Made by a program: the position numbers and the translations under genes
Origin: Alphaproteobacteria bacterium
Lineage (GTDB): Bacteria; Pseudomonadota; Alphaproteobacteria; JAAXGF01
Length of the DNA stretch: 64,000 bases
Assembly: GCA_965218865.1 (NCBI GenBank)
Contig: CBDCME010000062.1
Coordinates: 91,671 to 155,670 of the forward strand
Direction: 5' to 3'
Notes under the pieces: generated by a model
The model's database searches: none
What the model saw: only the letters and a program-made list of their open reading frames with translations
Told to the model about the DNA's origin: nothing
In this document: one piece after another, positions 59,489 through 64,000 of the stretch
Layout of the letters: each line of letters starts with the position of its first letter
Position numbering within the stretch: the first letter of the stretch is position 1

Positions 59489-59647
59489 CAGTCTGTTCGA
59501 AAACTCGCGGCACCGGCGCTGGCCCCCTCCCGGCCACCCATATCAGCAACCTCTCGTGGGTGGCCGGGAGGGGGAGAGGGCCGGGAGGGGGAGAGGGCCG
59601 GAACAGACGCAAAAAAATGCGCGTCCGCGCATTTTCGAACGGACACT
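59489..59647 (+). repeat. MITE-A copy f (with internal 18-bp tandem duplication), immediately abutting IS630 copy 3
   Basis: Both TIRs present. GGGAGGGGGAGAGGGCCG is duplicated. The right TIR ...TTTTCGAACGGACACT is followed by AATA and then the IS630 end. Confidence 0.8.
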
Positions 59648-59651
59648 AATA

Positions 59652-60816
59652 CCAACCGCCCTTAACATTGACTTGTGCGAGCCCACGCTCTGAGGCCGAT
59701 GGACATGATCTTCCAAGGTTGGTCGGTCAGGTTGTTCCAGGCTTGGCAAGAGGCCTCGACGATGGCTTCATAGGAGTCGAAGACACGATTGGAGAGCCAG
59801 TTCTGGCGGAGGTATTGCCAGACATTTTCGGCGGGATTGAGCTCCGGGGACTTGGGTGGCAAAGGCACGAGGGAGATGTTCTCCGGGATGCCGAGTTTGG
59901 CAGTGGTGTGCCATGCGGCTTGGTCGAGCAGCACGACGGCATGGGCGTTTGGGGCAACGGCCCGGCTGATTTCCTCGAGATGCAGGTCCATGGCTTCAGT
60001 ATTGGCGCGCGGCATGACCAGCGCCGCGCCCTCACCGCGCTCGGGGCAGATGGCGCCGAAGAGATACGCCGAAGAGGTCCGTAGGTCCTTGACCTGGCGC
60101 GGGCGCGATCCCTTTGGGGCCCACTGGCGCACCAGGCTGTTCTTCTGGCCGACGCGCATTTCATCTTGAAACCAAACCTCGATGGGCGTGTCCGGTGGCT
60201 GTGCCGCTACAATTTTCGCCAAGTGTTCGGGAAAACTTTTTTTTAAATTCCTCCTGTGCCCGCGCATCCTGGCCGACGTGGCGCGGGCGCGCGGAAATAT
60301 GCGAGAACCCGAGCGCGGCCAGCAGCTTGCCGACGCTCCGCTCGTGATAGTCCACGCCGAAGCGCGTTCGGATCAGTTGCTTGAGATCGATGCAGCGCCA
60401 GCGCACGACCCCATCCCGTTCGGGATCGGGACCGGCCTCGATAGCCCGCGAAAGCGCCGCCATTTGCGACGGCGTCAACCGACGCAACGCCCCGTTCGGC
60501 TTGCGGTCGATCAGACCGGCCGGACCTCCCGCGTTGAACCGGTGAACCCAGTCCCGCAACGTCTGCCGATCCATGCCGCCAATACCCGCCGCGCACGCTC
60601 GATCCATCCCATCGTAGATGGCCGCCATCGACAAAAGCCGTCGCGCCTGGTTCCCATCATCGCTCCGTGCCGCAAGAACACGGACTCTTTCAGCATCAAA
60701 GTCGTTTCGCAAAGGAATCGTTGGCATTGAACACACTCCCTTGTTGCCAACAACCTTGAATCACACAAAACCTAGCGTGTAAACCTTTGCGCGAGTCAAA
60801 CTCTAGGGCGGTTGGT
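59652..60816 (-). mobile_element. IS630-family insertion sequence, copy 3
   Basis: Same IR/TA structure as copies 1 and 2. Confidence 0.85.
59662..60736 (-). CDS. IS630-family transposase (two ORFs, A8-tract shift)
   Basis: Near-identical to copies 1 and 2. Confidence 0.8.
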
Positions 60817-60827
60817 ATAAGACCTCG

Positions 60828-61628
60828 TCAGCCGCTGATCCGGTCGATCATGGCTCCGGACGAGTCGAAGCAGGCCGCGACCAATGGCCCGCCGAAACCG
60901 CATCCTCCGTCGAGCGTCGCGGTCAGCGGCGTGACTGCGATTCCCTTGCCGTTGGGAGAAAAACCGCGAACGATGGTCCGGACACCCTCGTACGGCTCCG
61001 AAATCTGCGAAAAGTTGCTTCCTCCCCACCACAACGAATCACTTTGAGTGGCCAGGGGTCGAGTGGTGTCGATTCCGGCGTGGACGAAGAGCAGCGTTCC
61101 GTCCTCGGTGAAGGCGGCCCGGCGCAGGGCGGCCATGAACGCGTCATGACCCGGCAGGGCCCTGACGGCGCGGCAGATTCCGCTGGTCCAGCGGGCGGTC
61201 TCCGCCGCCCCCGAGCGGGCCTTGGTCAGGCCGTCCTCGGCCCTGAACCCATAAGCGGCGAGGGTTGCGCCGGCACCGCGGGCGACCATCCATTCTAGCA
61301 TGCCGACGGGGTCGAGCGCCAAATGGAGCTGCATGAGCTTTTGCCACATTTCCTCTTGGGAACCGCGTAGAAAGACGACGTCGCAAACCATCGCCCGTGG
61401 TCTCGCGAGGACCCAGCGGCGAAAAGCGAGGAGTTCGTCCAGGGTGGCGACGATCTGGTTTCCTTGACCGACGTAATTGCCCAGGTAGACGAGTCGGTCG
61501 CCCGCCTCGAAGCGGTCGCCGAGCTGGGCGTGGACACGCACCAGGCGATCGCTATCGCCGTGGACCGCGGCGACCGCCCAGACCCGCCGGGCACGCCGCA
61601 ATTTGGCAAACTTCGATCGATCGACCAT
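60828..61628 (-). CDS. metallophosphoesterase (PPP-family Ser/Thr phosphatase/ApaH-like)
   Basis: ...VWAVAAVHGDSDRL... (GDxHG-like), ...RLVYLGNYVGQG... (GDxxDRG-like), ...FLRGSQEEM... (GNHE-like) motifs. Confidence 0.6.
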   Translation of the reverse strand: MVDRSKFAKLRRARRVWAVAAVHGDSDRLVRVHAQLGDRFEAGDRLVYLGNYVGQGNQIVATLDELLAFRRWVLARPRAMVCDVVFLRGSQEEMWQKLMQLHLALDPVGMLEWMVARGAGATLAAYGFRAEDGLTKARSGAAETARWTSGICRAVRALPGHDAFMAALRRAAFTEDGTLLFVHAGIDTTRPLATQSDSLWWGGSNFSQISEPYEGVRTIVRGFSPNGKGIAVTPLTATLDGGCGFGGPLVAACFDSSGAMIDRISG

Positions 61629-61739
61629 CGGCGTCCTCGGATCCTCCCTCGGGAGCAATAGCCAGCGCACAAATATGAACGCTAGCTAACAACCTTCCGC
61701 TTGGCAACGACCAAAAAACCTCTTGATTTCCAGTCAATT

Positions 61740-62250
61740 AGTCGCCCCTGAAAAAACTGTAAGTCTTTGAAATTTCGAAATTTATTTTACGTTTAAAGTA
61801 TTGGATAATGCCGGGAACTGGCCTGTTTGGGAACGATTCCTGGTGATTTCCGATGCAACCTGAAAAGCGTTCGCGCGGCTCGGCCAGCGATTTGAGAGCA
61901 TCATCGAGCACGCTTTGGTGCGCCTGTCGGGGTTGATCGACTGGGCCTCGTTCGACGAGGCTTTCGGCAATTTCTACAAACCCATCGGCCGACCGGCGAA
62001 GCGAACACGTCTGATGGTGGGTTTGAGCTATTTGAAACACGTTCATGACGTTTCGGATGAGGAAGTCGTCGAGGGCTGGGTGGATAACCCTTATTGGCAA
62101 TACTTTTGCGGCGAAGAGTTTTTTCGCCATGACACCCCGATCGATCCGTCGTTGATGACGCGTTGGCGGGGGCGCATCGGGCCGGACGGGATGGAGCGGC
62201 TCTTGGCGGTGGCACCGGCGCTCAAGACATCAGGCAAACACGCACAATAA
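61740..62250 (+). mobile_element. degenerate IS5-family remnant (different lineage from the intact IS5 copies)
   Basis: Left end TAGTCGCCCCTGAAAAAACTGTAAG resembles the IS5 IR above. A frameshifted and 3'-truncated transposase N-terminus follows (...RLMVGLSYLKHVHDVSDEEVVEGWVDNPYWQYFCGEEFF...). Confidence 0.55.
61852..62250 (+). pseudogene. IS5-family transposase N-terminal fragment (frameshifted, truncated)
   Basis: MQPEKRSRGSASDLRAS in one frame continues as SFESIIEHALVRLSGLIDWASFDEAFG... in another. Ends after ~110 aa. Confidence 0.55.
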
Positions 62251-62340
62251 ATCCCCTATTCCGTGACGGGTCGCGTTTCGCCTACCTCTTCGGCTTCCAT
62301 TCCCGCGCCAGACGTTGCGCCTCGGCGATCTGTTCGGGCG

Positions 62341-62928
62341 TCATTTTCTTATTGACGATTTACCTGACGATGTAAATGGAGGGATATCGGAAGGCATTCC
62401 AACCCGCATGAAATACCTCGCAAACGCTTGCGAGAGATGTTCCCTGTACTGTGGCAAAAGCCTCAGTCGGTTTAGAAATCCCGAAGCCCGCGCGCGAACA
62501 AATGAAATTGGTAGTGAAAAAACTCTGCGGAAATCCACTATGCGAACCTCTTTTTGAAACCCATTCAAAGAACATTCTGCCAGCAAGTGGAATGGCGGCA
62601 GATTTCCTCGCCGCGCATCTTCCATACCTTTACGCGTTGCAAGATGAACCGGCTCTTTCAATTCCGACCGATTTGAAATCGTACAAAGTAGCGTTTCCTG
62701 TATTTTTTCTCTGCCTTTAACCATGTCACAGGTCTGGGAAAGGACAATTACATCCCTAGTTTCCACTCGGAAATGCACCTCTTGCGCCGTCCAATCAGAA
62801 AGCCCATCTGGCGGAATAAATACGGGACACCCCTCAAAAATATCCCCCTGCTCGATATCGTCACCGGTAACCACACCGAACCAAGGATATTTATCATCGT
62901 CCATGCGGTTTGCCGTTAGGATGCCCAC
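62341..62928 (-). CDS. hypothetical protein (low-GC cassette, gene 2)
   Basis: 195-aa ORF in a ~47% GC island. No recognisable family. Overlaps the upstream ORF by 13 bp (operon-like). Confidence 0.3.
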   Translation of the reverse strand: MGILTANRMDDDKYPWFGVVTGDDIEQGDIFEGCPVFIPPDGLSDWTAQEVHFRVETRDVIVLSQTCDMVKGREKIQETLLCTISNRSELKEPVHLATRKGMEDARRGNLPPFHLLAECSLNGFQKEVRIVDFRRVFSLPISFVRARASGFLNRLRLLPQYREHLSQAFARYFMRVGMPSDIPPFTSSGKSSIRK

Positions 62929-63155
62929 GGATCATCGAAAGGGCTTGGCTTGCCGCGACCAATAAACTCTAGATTCACGGTGATTTCGTGTGCTGGACGG
63001 GAAGGCGGATCAGAAATGTAAATATCCCAATCAAGAATTTCATCGCTCTGGCCCTGAAGGATCGGTTTATTGAGGAATAATGATAAGCAATACTCTCGTA
63101 TGGAATCGGCAAAGATATCTCTTTTTTCACCAAATTTGTCTCTTGTATTCACCAT
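62916..63155 (-). CDS. hypothetical small protein (low-GC cassette, gene 1)
   Basis: ~80 aa from MVNTRDKF.... The longer six-frame ORF start lies inside the IS1595 terminal repeat, so the internal Met is used. Confidence 0.25.
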   Translation of the reverse strand: MVNTRDKFGEKRDIFADSIREYCLSLFLNKPILQGQSDEILDWDIYISDPPSRPAHEITVNLEFIGRGKPSPFDDPWAS

Positions 63156-63193
63156 TATTGAAAAATCTTGCGCTATACGTTTGTAAAAAATAA

Positions 63194-64000
63194 CCTGATT
63201 ACGCATTTTCCTCCGAGGATTTGGTATGGTACAAAAAGTGAACATCCGGTGGTTTTTCAGGAGGTTTGCGATGTCGAGGAATGCGGTTCAGTTGGGGTTG
63301 AGTTTGGGGCGGTTTCGTGAACTTAGCGAGGAGAAATGCCGGGCGGTGGTATTCGGCTGGCGCTGGCCGAAGGGTTTTGTTTGTCCCCGCTGTGCCGGTG
63401 ATCGCTACAGCGAGCACAAGAGTCGGCGGCTGTATCAGTGCAGCGGCTGCCATTACCAGGTGTCGTTGACGGCGGGGACGATCTTTCATGCGACCCACCT
63501 GGCGCTGATCGTATGGTTCGAGGCGCTCTACCTGATCAGCCAGTCGAAGAAAGGGATTTCCAGCCTCGAATTGGGGCGCCGGCTCGGGGTCAGCTACAAT
63601 ACGGCGTGGAAGATGCATCACAAACTGATGCAGGTGATGCTTGAACGCGAGGAAAACAAGCCGCTGGGCGGCGAGGGCAAGCGGATCTAGATCGACGACG
63701 CCTATCTGGGGGGCGCCCGGCGCGGCGGTAAGCGGGGCCGTGGCGCACCCGGCAAAACGCCTTTCGTGGCCGCCGTGGAAACCACCGCCGAGGGTCGGCC
63801 GCACCGGCTCAAGCTCACCCGGGTGAAGGGCTTCCGCAAGGCAGAGATCGAGAAAATGTCGCGCCGCGTCTTGACCCCGGGAAGCACCGTCGTCAGCGAC
63901 GGCCTGAGCTGCTTCACCGCCGTCACCGCGGCTGGCTGCAGCCATTATCCCGCCGTTACCGGCAGCGGACCCCAGGCCGCCAAATGGGCCGCCTTCAAAT
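63194..64000 (+). mobile_element. IS1595-family (ISXO2-like) insertion sequence, copy B (runs off the window end)
   Basis: Left IR CCTGATTACGCA at 63194. Inverted orientation relative to copy A. Confidence 0.8.
63226..64000 (+). pseudogene. IS1595/ISXO2-like transposase with the same in-frame amber stop (TAG 63688-63690); 3' end beyond the window
   Basis: Same protein as copy A with a few substitutions. The TAG replaces the conserved Glu of the EIDETY-like motif. Confidence 0.8.

Noticed and set aside
1-64000. CRISPR arrays, rRNA genes and intact tRNA genes
   Set aside because: No regularly spaced short direct repeats were found. No rRNA-like conserved stretches were found. The only tRNA-like sequence is the 3' fragment at 12094-12125.

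Overview
The window is a GC-rich (~63%) alphaproteobacterial chromosomal segment, probably from a Rhodospirillales-like organism. It starts in a conserved housekeeping block (CDP-alcohol phosphatidyltransferase fragment, AI-2E transporter, hdaA, rnd, aspS). It then becomes an extremely IS-dense accessory region. I count about 14 insertion-sequence copies or remnants from seven families: one IS3 remnant, three IS630, two IS1595, two full plus one partial IS5 plus one IS5-like remnant, one IS256, two ISAs1-family and one IS110. Several are nested. Two new families of short structured repeats (MITE-like) are also present. Between the mobile elements lie ordinary genes: a REC-GGDEF response regulator, trkH, folE, apaG, a radical-SAM gene, an APC permease, ETF-QO, a family-4 UDG, ParA, a peroxiredoxin, cspA, pepA, pip, two thermonuclease paralogs and a phosphatase. 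There is also a fragmented deoxysugar/polysaccharide locus (NDP-hexose 2,3-dehydratase, GT2, wecA-like, capD-like). Many genes are decayed by in-frame stops (CHASE2-adenylate cyclase, an outer-membrane barrel, the IS1595 transposase in both copies), by frameshifts (trkH, a phage-like gene) or by IS truncation. Points worth a second look are a chimeric signal-peptide/ArsR-like HTH/cold-shock/MsrB ORF, a tRNA 3'-end fragment next to low-GC DNA, and a low-GC two-gene cassette trapped between IS remnants. Coordinates of repeat and IS boundaries were read by eye and are accurate to a few bp. No rRNA, intact tRNA or CRISPR array was found.
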